From NCBI GenBank assembly GCA_043228905.1, contig JBHGNT010000121.1:10960-74959 (forward strand): a DNA stretch of 64,000 nt, given 5' to 3'. Of this stretch, positions 49,428-62,415 are shown piece by piece. The first letter of the stretch is position 1. Each line of letters starts with the position of its first letter. The stretch is from Azolla caroliniana (Eukaryota; Plantae; Polypodiophyta). The notes beneath the pieces were generated by a model. The model ran no database searches. It was not told the DNA's origin and saw nothing but the letters and a program-made list of their open reading frames with translations. The position numbers were made by a program, and so were the translations under genes.

Positions 49428-51554
49428 ATGAAGGGGTCGGATCTTGCGGAGGCCATGGCTTCGGCCATGGATCGGATATTGAGCGCGCGCGAGGGCACCG
49501 GCGCCCTCGACAGAGCCATTGAGGTGGTCGTCGGTACGATCGGCCGATTCAGCGGAAAGGATGCTACGAAGTATTTGGCGTCCTACGGGGCAGAAATGTT
49601 GATGCGGGACATTCCGGAAGAGAGGCGTCTTGCCGGGTTCCCTCGAGTGGCGATGCCGAGCATCCATGCGGAGGTGCTCGAGGTACGGGCAGAGAGCTGT
49701 ACCTGGGAGGAATTCGAAGGCCGACTCCTAGAAAAATACGGGCTGGACGACGCGCTCCGGCTTTCGAAACGGGACTTCATGGAATGGGTGGAGTCCCCCG
49801 GCAAGGGAAGAAACGTGTCGGCACTCCTCCGGGAGTTTGAGGAACGCTTTGCGCGCCTTTCGGCGCTTGACCGAACCGTTTTGGATACGAGCCGGGTCCT
49901 ACTGTTCGTCAAGTTGGTGGACGAGCGGGATCGGGATCAAGTCGGCTCCTTGCTAGAAACCGAAGACGGGCTGACGACCGACTGGGCTGCGGTTAAGAGA
50001 GTCTGTGGCCGTTTCGACAAACGGCGAGAATGGGCTGACAACGGGGCGACCGAAGCGGGCTCTGTCACAGCAAGGAGGCTTGAACCGACACCACAAGGGC
50101 GAAGGGCAGAGACCCGGGAGTGGCTCGAAACCGGTTCGGCTTCGACCAGCATGGTCAATGACTCGTCCGGAGGAGCAGTGCTGGAGGAGTTGACGCGGGC
50201 GATAAAGGATCTCTAGATCGCCCAGACTCGAAGGGAAGGCGGCGAACCGGCTCATGACCGACGACCGGCAGTAGGGAACAGGTGCATGTGGTGCGACGAG
50301 GTCGGCCACATTCGGAAGGACTGCGGCGATTTCGCAGAGGCGTTGAGGAACCGGGTGGTGTACCTGTGGGAAGGCCGGGTGCATGCCGGCGATACCAGAA
50401 GGGCCCTAAACCGAAACGACGGGCGAGGAGGTATGAAGAGACTGATGGAAGAGGTAGTGGCCCGACACGTGGAGGCCATCCACTACTCGGCGTCGGCCGG
50501 TATTCGGGTCGGGGACAGCGAGGCCCGAAAGGAGAGCAAAGACGGATTCTGATCGGCAATGCTGGAAGGCCTCGCCGGCGCACGACTGAGGGAAGATGAA
50601 GCGGACCGCGCTGAGAGACGGGTCTGGGAAATAACCGGGTGGAGCGACCTGGTCGAGGAGAAGACGGGCTTCGTAGAAGCCGCCTGCCAGAACTACGAGG
50701 CTCTGGTGGAAGACAAACGAGTGGGGAAAGCCGGAGCGGCCGGGCCCTCACAACGATACGAGACCCGATTCGGGCAACGACGGAACGATGTCGGTGGGTC
50801 CAGCGCGCAAGATAACCCCAGGAAGGGCGGATACCGACTGGGGACGGAAATAGAAAAGACCACGAACCTACGAAAGGTCCTAGAAGAGCGGATCCTCGAC
50901 AGCAAAGTGGAGCTGTCATTGCGGGAGGTGCTAGGGATTGCTAAGAAGGAGTTCCACGACTCCATTGTGGACTTGGTGAAGCGGAAGAGGCTGTCGACGG
51001 AGACAGAACCGGAGAGACCGGTGGAGGTGCGGGTGACGCACATCGACGACTTGGCGCTGGAAGATGAGTGGGCGGAGAGCCACTATTCGAGGCCACACTG
51101 GGCCCGAGCGACCACGGAGACCCCGGTAAAGATCGGAGATGTTCAGGAACCGGTGGTGGCACTGGTGGACCACGGTTCGGAAATAAACCTGATGTCCATG
51201 GACTTCTATAAGAAGGGAAAGTGGCCGATCAACACCAAGCACGGGTGGAAGATACGGGCGGCGACGCGCGCCATCGAGGAACTGCATGGGGCCTGCCCGA
51301 ACGTGCGAGACAAGATCGACGACGTCGAGATTGACCAGCACTTCTTCGTACAGGAGACGTCCTCGCACCCGATCATATTAGGGGAGCCATACATCACGGC
51401 GGCGTGGATGGAGACCAAGGTGCTGGACAACGGTTCGGCCTACGCGAGGGTCAAAAGCCAGGACGGGCTCCATTCGGTCCAATTTCTGATGGTGCGACCG
51501 AACCACGAGCGAAACCGCGAATCCCTCGGTGGCGAGAACCGGGAGGATTTTTAG
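49428..51554 (+). pseudogene. Gypsy ORF1: gag + CCHC + aspartic protease (two in-frame stops)
   Basis: One frame from ATG 49428; FSGKDATKYL, CMWCDEVGHIRKDC, ALVDHGSEIN, ILGEPY; stops at 50214 and 50550. Confidence 0.88.
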
Positions 51555-54500
51555 AGAGGGCTGCCAAGGCGTGGGGCCGAGACAGTCCGGACACTCGGGA
51601 AAGACCCCACAGCTGTACGATAGGTAAAATTTTTTGCTTCTCCAACAACGGAGGGTGTATGACAGTCGGCATCGTTGGCCAAGAAAAGGCAAGGGCGGAA
51701 GTGCGACTTCGAGCGTGCAGAGTTCTTGGCCCGGACGAGGAAATCAGCGGAGCCGTGGAGGTGGTCTCCTTCGACGACACCTTGGGAATGCTGAGGAAGG
51801 TAGCCGGAGAAGACCTTAACGAAGACCGGACGATACCGGTATGTTCCGAAGAGATGTACGAAGTCATCGCGAACTTCAGTCAGGGGCTGGGGTCGGATCG
51901 GACGGCCCGAGTTAGCACGAAGTACAAGACTATGGACCGGAAGGTAAGGCCAGTTGTGGCACCCTTACCGGAGGGCAGCGAATCCCGAATCAGAGGGGTT
52001 GCGTCGGACCCCAGTTTACGAGATCCGGTCTGCATAGGACACACCTTCACTGACGGGATGCTCCGGGAGCTCAAAATCGGTGGGGGCGGGTTCCTACTGC
52101 CGGCGGAAGAAGACCGGTTTCGGAAAATGCTCGGAAGGCACGGGAAAGCCTTCGCATTCTCACCGGGAGAGATCGGGTGCGTAGACCCGACAATCGTGGA
52201 GCCGATGGTGATATTCATGGTACCGCATGTGCCGTGGAATCTCAAGCCGATTCCAGTACCGAGAGCTCACATCCCGAAGTTGATGGAGCTATTGAGGCAG
52301 AAAGTCGATATGGGCATTCTCGAACCGTCAAGTGCCCCATACTCGAACCGATGGTTTACCGTACTAAAGAAAAACGGAACATTGCGCTTCATTCAAGAAC
52401 TGCAGCCGGTCAACAGAGTGACCATTCGGAACGCAGAAATCGGACCGACCATAGACGAGTTCGCGGAGGCCTTCGCCGGAAGGTCGATTTATTCGGTCGG
52501 TGATCTGTACTCGGGGTACGACCAGTTCCAGCTAGCCGTGGAGAGCAGAGACATTACGACGATGCGAACTCCCCTCAGCCTAGTGCGAATGTGTACCCTG
52601 CCACAAGGAGGGACCAACTCGGTGGCCCACATGGTGAATGCAATGAACAAGGTACTGAGGGATTGCATCCCGGACATCACCATGCCATTTCTAGACGACA
52701 TCCCGATAAAGGGGTGCCCGGTGGAAGAGAAGGACGAGACACTCGGGCCGGACGGATGCCGGCGATTCGTGGCAACACACATCGACGACTGCGAGAGGGT
52801 GCTACAAAGGCTAGAGGGTGCGAGGCTCACCTTCTCCGGGGAGAAATCGGCCTTCGGGCAATAAGAAATCCTGGTGGTCGGACACCTATGTGGACCATAT
52901 GGCCGGAAGCCGTCTCCGGCAAAGGTAGAAGCCATCTCCGCGATGAAGACCGACTGTAGCTCGGTTACGGAAGTTCGGAGGTTCTTGGGGGCATGCGCAT
53001 TCTACCACATATGGATCCCGCATTATGCCCACGTTGCGGAACCGCTATACGGGTTGCTGAAGAAGGGGCGAAAATTCGAGTGGCGGGACGAGCACACGGA
53101 GTCGGTCCGAAAGCTGAAGGAAGCTCTTGCGGCAGCACTGGCGCTCCGGAAGGCTGTCTACGAGAAGGGTACCCCGGTATACATAACGGTGGATACGAGT
53201 CCGACCGGGATCGGATGGGTTGTCAACCAAGAAAACGAGGACGGCATTCGGTTCCCGATCCGATTCAGCGCAAAGGTCCTCAGTGAGCGACAGCGAGGGT
53301 ACGCCCAGGTTAAACGCGAACTCTGGGGTATCGTTTCGGCAGTAAAGGCCAACAAAGACTACCTGATCGGGACAGAAGTGATTATCGAGACGGATTGCCT
53401 TCCAATTCTCGGCATGGTTTCCGGATGCGCGACACCGGACCAGGCGATGCTCAGGTGGATAGCGTACATCAAGTCCCTGGACCCGGAAATACGACACATT
53501 TCCGGAAAAGACAACGCCATGGCCGACATGCTTTCGAGGGCGAGGTTTGATGACAAGGGCGACATGGTTTCGGAGGACGAAGAAGTCAGCGTGGACTTCT
53601 TCGGAGCAGCGTACGTGACGACCGATGGGACGAGCACTCCGACACTTAACGACTTCGACGAGAGCAAGTACGACGGCGAGTGGCTACAGATCGGTGGTTT
53701 CTTGAGGACAATGACGCCGGATGCGTCATGGGCGAGAGACGAGGCCAACCGGATCCGGAAGAAAGCATACCGATTCTTTCTCCGGGACGGATACTTATGG
53801 AAGCACTCGAAGAAGAGGAACGGCGTCCCGCTCCGGGTGGTGGCCATGAAGGAAGAACAGGAGGAGCTGCTGACGGCCTACCACGACAGCCCTTGGGCTG
53901 GACACCGAGGAACGTGGGCCACGTTCGAGAAGATAAAGGGGAAGTACTGGTGGCCGGGACTGTACCGGGACGTGCATCGGTTCGTGACAACTTGCGAGAG
54001 CTGTCAGATGCACTCCGTAGTCCGACATCGGGACGAGCTTCACCCTACGTACCCTCCGACCATCCACTTCAAATAAATGGTAGACATGGTGACGATGCCA
54101 ATGGGAGTAGGACAGATGTGGTATCTGGTCCTGGCTCGGGAAGATCTGACGAACCAGGTAGAAGGCCGAGCCCTTCAGAACAAAACAACCGCGGTCGTAT
54201 ATCGGTTCCTGATTGAGGACGTGATATGCCAGTACGGGTGCGTCGGGAAGATCGTGGCTAATCGCGAGGAGTTGGACGCCGAAGAGGCCGAGGAGCTGTT
54301 CGACCGGCTAGGAGTCAAGCTCTCGCTTACCACTGCGTACAATCCGGAGGCGAATGGGAAGGTGGAGCGCGGACACGGACCGATCGTCAAGGCGTTAGTT
54401 CGGGCATGCGGAGGTCAAGTCGGGAACTGGCCGAGGCTGCTGCCTTACGCGTTGTGGGCGGACCGAACTACGCACAGTTCGGTAACCGGATTCATGCCGG

Positions 54501-55030
54501 CAGAGCTCATGTTTGGGCAGAAGCCGATCATGCCAATGGAACGTACGATCTCCTCATGGGCAACCGTGGACTGGAGAGACGAGATGAGCCGGGAGGAACT
54601 ATTGGCGGCGTGCATACGTCAGCTCGAGCGAAGGCCGGAGGACGTGGAGCAAGCTGCGGGAAAGCTTCGGGATGCAAGGATGAGGAACAAAGCCCGGTTC
54701 GACCGAACGCACCGGCTCCAACCGGAGAAGATCGAGGAAGGCGACTGGGTGCTAGTTTACGACAGCAGCCTCGACAACCAGCACTGAGCGACACGGAAGT
54801 TCGCAAGAAGGTGGTTCGGGCCTTACGTGGTCCAAAGCGCCAACGACAACGGGACGTACCTTCTGGCGGAACTCGACGGCACGAGAATGGCGATACCGGT
54901 AGCTGGGAAGTGGATCAAAGCGTTCAAGAAGCGTCACGACGACGAGCCGGATACGGTTAACCTAGACCGCGACGACGAACGATCCGAAACCGAGGAAGAA
55001 CCGAGGAAGAACCGAGGAAGAACCGAATGA
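51545..55030 (+). pseudogene. Gypsy ORF2: RT - RNase H - integrase in the -1 frame (three in-frame stops)
   Basis: DLYSGYDQF, LPQGGTNS, PFLDDIPIKG, TVDTSPTGIG, ETDC, H..GH..CESC, AYNPEANGKVE, WFGPY; stops at 52862, 54074, 54785, no frameshifts. Confidence 0.92.
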
Positions 55031-55752
55031 AGGCTGGACGGGTTTTCTCCGTCCCAACTTAATTTGGCGCATGCTGGTGGATGCGCGGTTAGGTGGGGGC
55101 GGATGTCGTGAAGAAAACCTTCCACAAGTGGAAACGGTGCACCGGAGCGTAGGAACCGGCTCTTCATGCACGTGAGCCTTATGTTGTACATAAGAGAGAA
55201 TTAGGTACATAGAAGATCCTGGGTAGGTAGATTCGGAAGAAAGGAAGTTAATGGGAAACGGCTCCTTTCTTGCCTATAAAAGGGGGGAGACGAGGAGGAG
55301 GACGGGATAGCGGAGTAAGAGAGGACGAAGTGCTGTTGGGTTGTTGGGGGAAGGCTTCTCTCTCTTCCAATACTCCGTAGCTTCTTTCTGTGCAGGTTTT
55401 CGGGAGGCTCGCGCTGCTCTGAGGAATGCCCGAGTGCTTCCGGCAGCACCTCCAACCTACCCCTTTTCTTTCTGAGCGTTTGTGAACAGGCATCGGCATC
55501 TGTTCGCCGGCCTGTTCGGTTGTAACCGACTTCGTGCTTGTTGTTGTTTGTCTCTGTTAATATATACATACATACCTTCGTGCCTCTCTGTGTTGGTTTC
55601 CCCGCTCGCGTCTTCGTGTCGAAGGGCACTGTCCCTGTGGATCTACGCTCGCACGTAGTGGGTCCCTTCCCTTCTCCTTTCTCTCTTGCTCTTCGGTACA
55701 AGACCCCCGAGGTCCCGCCTCATTCCACGCATCCGCGAGGAATACCTCGACA

Positions 55753-58700
55753 CCGTCTCAATCCCTTCGCTCGGGGGTGGTCGGGTGGATCGGGCACCCT
55801 TCTTTCTCTCTCTCCTTTCTTTCTATCTACCTAGATCTATCCTTATCTAATGGTTACTTTAGTACATGTCTCTAATATTTGGTATCCGAGCCTATGTACT
55901 AATGTTTCTTTTGTTGGTCTTGTCTTCTCGATGGATGGCGATCGATCGTTGTGCGGTTGGCCTTCATGCAGACAAGGATCAACAAGGAACTTCGGTAATC
56001 TTTCTTGTTATTTTTTGTCTATTTTTTCTTCTCCCATCTAATCATGTGTATGGTTAATATGTAGATTATTTTCATTAATTAAATGATGTTGTAGTGGTAT
56101 TTAATTGGTTATTTAAAACATTTACATATGTGCACGAGGTCAATACCTCGTTTGACATATAAATATGTGATGAGTGTTGTATGTGTACGACGTTAATACC
56201 TCAATTACGTATTACGTTCACGAACATATGTTACGTTTGCGTATGAGGTCAACAATTCGATTTTGTTGTAAATGATATGCGTTTGGTCTCATATGCGTAA
56301 GAGGTCAATACCTCAATTGCGTATTACGTTGAACCCTTATTTTTGGATATCTTGTGTGCGTAGAGGTATATGCCTCGATTAAGTCATTTTTGGCTATTTA
56401 ATATAACGATTTCTTTAATATAGGCATATGTGGTCACGTGTATACGTAGTTGATCGTATATATGTGATAATATACATATGTGTATATAAGTTATTACGTG
56501 ATTTTAAATCCAATGTATTCCTTGCCGGGGAAAGGTTCTTGGTGGCTGTCCTCACATTTTTGTGAGAATCGTGTTGTCACCATCCCTTTTCTCAACAATT
56601 TTTTATTGTTGAAATCCCCGTTGGTGGCTTTGATATTTCGTTACGTAAAGAAACGTTAATAGCCATAACGATGTTGAGTACGTAGGGTTTGACCCACTTC
56701 ATGTGAGGTCACTCTTATGACACACGTATCCAACATCCCTCCCTCATTACATGGATACGATGCCACCATGAGATCATTCTTACGAGAGGCATTCGTAATG
56801 AGGTGACCATGTGATGAGCCACGTGGGCCTACTACGAAAAGAGGGCTCATTTGGCTTGACCATTAGGTTGCACTTTGGTGTATGCCATCGTAATTACGAG
56901 ACTTGAGGTTAGGTAACGTACCAACATAGTTGTAGTAAATGAGGGCGAAATAAGGACTCTTGACATATATGTTTCTTTTAAAAAAACATATATGCGCAAA
57001 TGCCTCGCATATCTCTTATACGCATGAAACATTAAATATTCAAGAAGAGCAACATACTTGTTTGGCTCAAGTGTTTAATGCATTTGTTCTTGAGGTCTCG
57101 AGTTCAAATATAACCAAGACCATACAACATCGTTGATACATATGACTATAACACATGTTTAGACTTGAGGTCTAAGTGCACTTCGGGGTCCTCGTAATAG
57201 GACTTAAAGAGCCGAGACCACATATGTGGGCACAGAAACATAGTTTATTGTTAACATTTTTTTCGTTTATAAACTATTCATGATGCGAACATACATGGTT
57301 GAGCCTCGGGGAGCCACCATGAAAAAATCGATATAGAGATCAGGGAAAGACATTTATTTGTCACCCCCATGGTTTTTAAAACACCTTTGTGTTACCATAG
57401 TAACCTGATCTTGAACCTTATCTCATACGTCTAGAGGGGTATTGATGTGAGATAATGATATTGATTAATGCTCGCCCATGATATGTTTACATCACGACAT
57501 GATGTTATGACTATCTCTCTGACCTTATCCAATTTCTTTTCCAGAAATAATCATTTAATGGCTCAAAATAATGACCCGATGTCATCCGCTCAAGCGGAAG
57601 GAACTCAAGGGAATCCTCCTGGACAAATGTCCATTGAGATGTATTTTTCGCAAATAACCCAATGCCTTAGTTTCACCGCTCAACAGATGACCGAACTTCG
57701 GCAATCTCAAAGTGCTCTCGAGGCACGTGTCATTAGTCTACAATGTGAGACTAATAGACCTGATGAGCGATAGGGTGAACCATCGTTTGTTGTTAAGCCA
57801 TTTACGGGAGACAAAAAGGAAAGAACCGAAGAAGCAGTCTGCACGTGGCTGGGCCGATGGGAGTCTCATTTTGAGTTCTATCCCATGCCAGATAGTACGA
57901 AGATTGCATATGTCGACCGAGAACTAGGGGGTAAGGCTGTCGCCTGGTGGCGTGGGTTCCGTACGTTTGGGAAATTGCCCGATACCTGGATAGATTTTGT
58001 CACAGTTTTCAAGGGAGAATATCTGCAACCTCCCTCTCGAACCGAGGCAGCACAAGCTTTAATGAACCTCTCTAGTCGGAAATTTTCCTCACTAGAAGAC
58101 TATGTCCACCATGCTAGAACCCAAATCCAAAAATCGGGTTTAGAAGGGGACAACTGGTTAATAACTTGTTTTGTCAATGGCATCCCCAATTCGGACTATC
58201 ATTGGATACTGCATGATAAGGATCCAAAATCCTTCGAAGAGGCCGTTGAAATAGTTCTTCGCTATCAACGCACTTCGAAGAAGGACCACAACAAACCCAA
58301 CGAAGCGCCCGGGACTAAGCAGTCGCAATTCGCTGGGAAACGCAAGACACCCAACGAATTCATGGATCGCGATTGTAAGCGACAACATCCTTTTTGCGTA
58401 TTCTGCAAAAAGAAGGGTCATACAAAAGATCAATGTCGAAAGCCCCAACGGAAAGAGCACGACAACAAAGCTAAAGCTGCAGACCATAAAGGTCAGATTC
58501 CTAATGTCCTTCAGGTCTATACACATCATTTAAGTAATTGTCAATGTTCTTTCCCTCACTATGTATTGGGTCCCAATGATTTACTACGTGCAAACGGGTA
58601 TATCAATGGATCTCCCGTACAATTTTTATTTGATTCGGGAAGCTCACACAATTTTGTGAATGATCGTTTGGTTCAGATATGGGGAATCCAACCCACCGTA

Positions 58701-61700
58701 AGTGATCACACCTACACGGTGCACTTGGCTGATGGAAGAGTACAATACATCAACGGGGTGATTCATTCATTAGGAATTTCTATTGATACTTATATAGAGG
58801 AAGTAGACTTCCATGTAATGAATCTTTGTACCACTGATGTAATACTGGGTTATCCCTGGTTTTATAATAAAAAATCTTCTTTATCTATTGATTGGGTTCA
58901 TCATTCAATTACATTTGTACTGAACGATTGTACTCATTTTATTCAATGTGTAAAAAAATAATCCCTCTCGATTGTTTCCTCGTGTCCATCAATATCTGAG
59001 TTGTCTTGTTCTACTCTATTTTATTGTGTACTTGATCCGGACATTCACGTTTACAATATCGATAATATCTCGGTTCAATTAACATATTTTGAACAACAAC
59101 AACTTGATGAAATCTTAAATGATTTTTGTGATGTTTTTCCGAGTGAACTACCAGATGGCTTACCTCCTAAACGTAATATAGACCATCGTAAAGATATTGT
59201 ACCTGGTGTTGCACCAAAAGGTATACCTCCTTATCGCTTAAGTCGATCTGAAGAGGATGAGGTATCTAAGCAAGTCAAGGACTATTTACGAATGGGTTAT
59301 ATACGTTATTGTAAATCTCCATGGGGTGCACCAGTTCTCTTGGTTAAAAAGAAAGAGGGCACATGGCGTATGTGTATTAATTACCAACGCTTGAATAAAG
59401 TGACGATCAAGAATTCGTATCCACTGCCCCGGGTTGACGATCTAATTGACTGTCTCCAGGGAGCTCGGTATTTTACGAAACTTGATCTCCGTACTGGCTA
59501 CCATCAAATTTGTATAAGTGAGGACGATGTTCCTAAAACAACATTTCGTACGCGCTATGGCCATTATGAGTTTTTGGTTATGCCTTTTGGTTTGACCAAT
59601 GCTCCGGCTACATTTCAACAAGAAATGAATGGAAAATTTGTCGTTATTTTCTTGGATGATATTTTAGTTTATAGCCGTACATTACAAGAACATGCTAAAC
59701 ATGTCCACTTGGTTTTACAAACATTGCGTGACAAACAGTTTTACGCGAAGATCTCAAAATGTGAGTTCTTCAAGAAATCAATTACTTATCTTGGACATCT
59801 CATAACCGAATGAGTTGAAATTGATCCTTCTCGCATCGAGAAAATCAAGCTTTGGCCCACTCTTCGGAATATTCGAGAAGTTCGATCATTCCTTGGTTTT
59901 GTCGGGTTTTTGCGAAAATCCCTTCGTAATTACTCCCAATTGACGATGTCGTTTACTGATCTTCTAAAAGTTCAAACACATAAGTCTACAAAACCTATTG
60001 CGTGGAATGCTACACTAGACCTCGCTTTTAAGGAAATCAAGGACCTGGTATGCAAGGCTCCTTCAGTGCTTTTACCCGATCCTTCAAAACCTTTTGAGGT
60101 TGAAACCGATTCAAGCGATTTAACTATAGGTGTTGTCTTATATCAAGATGGTAAACCAATAGCATTCGAGAGTAAGAAACTTGATTCTACTCAATGTCGG
60201 TATACCGTTCAAGAAAAGGAATTATTTGCAGTTATACATGCGCTCAAAACATGGCGCCATTATCTTTATGGAAATCGCATTGTGGTAACTACGAACCACG
60301 AGTCCTTGAAATATTTTTGTGACTAACAAACAAGACCTGAAAGGTCGTAAGGCACGCTGGGCTCATCTCATCCAGGACTTTGATTTTTCCATACGATATC
60401 GTAAAGGTTCCATGAATACTGTCGTTGATGCACTAAGTCGCATCCGTGAAGTTAACATGATTAGCTTCACTGAAATAACATCAGATCTTTATGATCACCT
60501 TCGAGGAAAGTATCCTGATGACAGTTATTTTGCAAAATACTGGGCAAGAGTTGAGTCTAGAACAGACACCACCACATCCTCGAAGGAATACTTCCACATT
60601 GCTAACGGTCTGCTCTACCATAATGGGAACGTTTGTGTTCCAGATTTACCCGAGGTCAAAAAGAGGATTCTTTTTGAATGCCATGATGTACCCTCAGCAG
60701 GGCACCCTGGAATACATCGTACACTTGTTCTCATCTCCACTCAATTTTATTGGCCTAAGATGCGCCCTGACATACATAGCTATGTGACTAAATATCACCA
60801 ATGTCAGGTTAACAAAGCCGAGCCACTTAAAGCCGCAGGACTTTTACATCCCTTGGACATTCCCAATAATAAGTGGGAAAGTATATCCATGGATTTTATT
60901 GTTAGCCTTCCTCGCACCCAAAAAGGCCATGATGCCATCTAGGTTGTGGTTGATCGACTAACTAAAATGGCCAGATTTATTGCTACTAAAACCACGGTAA
61001 CAACTCCTGAATTGGCTTACCAATTCGTGGACGAGTTATTTCATTTTTATGGGCTACCGATGGATATTGTGAGTGATCGAGATCCAAAGTTTACTAGTGA
61101 CTTCTGGACGCAAGTCTTCAAGAAGTTAGAAACTACGTTGAGCATGAGCTCCACAGATCATCCTCAATCCGATGGACAAACATAACGAGTAAATCAAATT
61201 ATTGAGGACATGCTTCGAGCATATGTTGGTATAAAACCGACAAAATGGGAACGTTATCTCCCAATTTTGGAGTTTGCATATAACAACTCCAAGCATACGT
61301 CGACGGGATATAGTCCTTTTATGTTGATGTATGGTTTTCAGCCACGAGCCCCGATTGATGTTAATATACATCATGATGAGTTGCGAAGTACGCAAAACTT
61401 TCTTCGGGATATGCAAGATATGTTGCATATTGCACGAGATAATATAAAAACAGCTCAAGATAGAGCGCGTTTTTATGTCGACCATCAAAGGCAACCTTGT
61501 GTATTCAACCCTAGACAGCTTAGGTATTTTTACGTGTACCTCACAATTCTATGACATTGTCTACGGGTAAGTGCACTAAGTTAGCCCCACGATTTTGTGG
61601 ATCTTTTACAGTCCTCAAACGCATTGGGTCATCAGCCTATCGTCTCGCTCTTCCTGATGGTGTTGGAATTCATCCAGTCTTTCAAGTGAGTCGTCTAAAA

Positions 61701-62415
61701 GAACTTCAAGGTTCTGGCGACAATACAGTTACAACTGAAACTCTGGTTACTTCTGAAGAATTATCTTCTAAACCACATGTACCAGAAAGAATTCTTGATG
61801 TTAAAACAAAAAAATTACGTACTAAAGAAATCCGAGAATTTAAAATAAAATGGATGGATAAATCAATCAAAGATGCCACATGGGAACGCGAAAATACTCT
61901 AAGAACTAACTTCCTTAACTTTCCATTGCAAGAGTGCAATGTTTTAAAGAGGGGGGAGTATGTTACGGGCATGACCATATAATATCCCGTGGTGAGAATT
62001 TACCATAGTATTCTATACACGTGGATAAGTGTGAGGGTTAAACAAGAGTGTAAAGAAGGGGAGGATTACTTTTAAATCCTTGGGATTGAGACAACCCATT
62101 AGGCCAAGTGTGAACATGGCTGGGGCCTTGGGTATCACTATAAATAGAGGCCTAGCTACCCTCATTTCATTATCTTGTTGACTACGTCAAGACTCTATCT
62201 TGTGGTGGGTCAACTCTTGTAGCGAGCGCGCCAGCACCAGGTACGACTCGACGCCACGACGGTAGTGTGGGACGTTGATCCAGGCTCGAGTCCGTCTCGA
62301 TCCCTTCGCTTGAGGGTGGTCAGGTGGATCGGCACCCTTCTTTCTTTGTCTCCTTTCTTGCTATCTACCTAGATCTATCCTTATCTAATGCTTACTTTAG
62401 TACATGTCTCAAATA
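55753..62415 (+). mobile_element. Ty3/gypsy chromovirus (Reina/Tekay-like), decayed
   Basis: 5' LTR remnant 55753-55877 matches end of 3' LTR 61961-62415; PBS TGGTATCCGAGC 55880; PPT AAGAGGGGGGAG; ~1.7 kb leader. Confidence 0.93.
57558..61982 (+). pseudogene. Chromovirus gag-pol with C-terminal chromodomain
   Basis: [87 protein letters not shown]; stops and frameshifts. Confidence 0.92.

Larger units (their letters stand above)
48737..55752 (+). mobile_element. Ty3/gypsy element with tRNA-Trp PBS, no chromodomain
   Basis: 5' LTR ~48770-49384 (left end rearranged), 3' LTR 55104-55752 (TGTCG..CGACA), PBS TGGTGAACCCGACGTGAA 49388-49405, PPT AGGTGGGGGCGGA; right end sits inside the chromovirus 5' LTR. 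Confidence 0.95.

Noticed and set aside
49275-54960. Many overlapping alternative-frame and antisense ORFs in the gypsy
   Set aside because: Expected in GC-rich coding DNA; none shows a recognisable domain.
56125-56380. CRISPR array
   Set aside because: Repeats are short and degenerate, some spacers share sequence, no cas genes, and the context is a eukaryotic retrotransposon leader.
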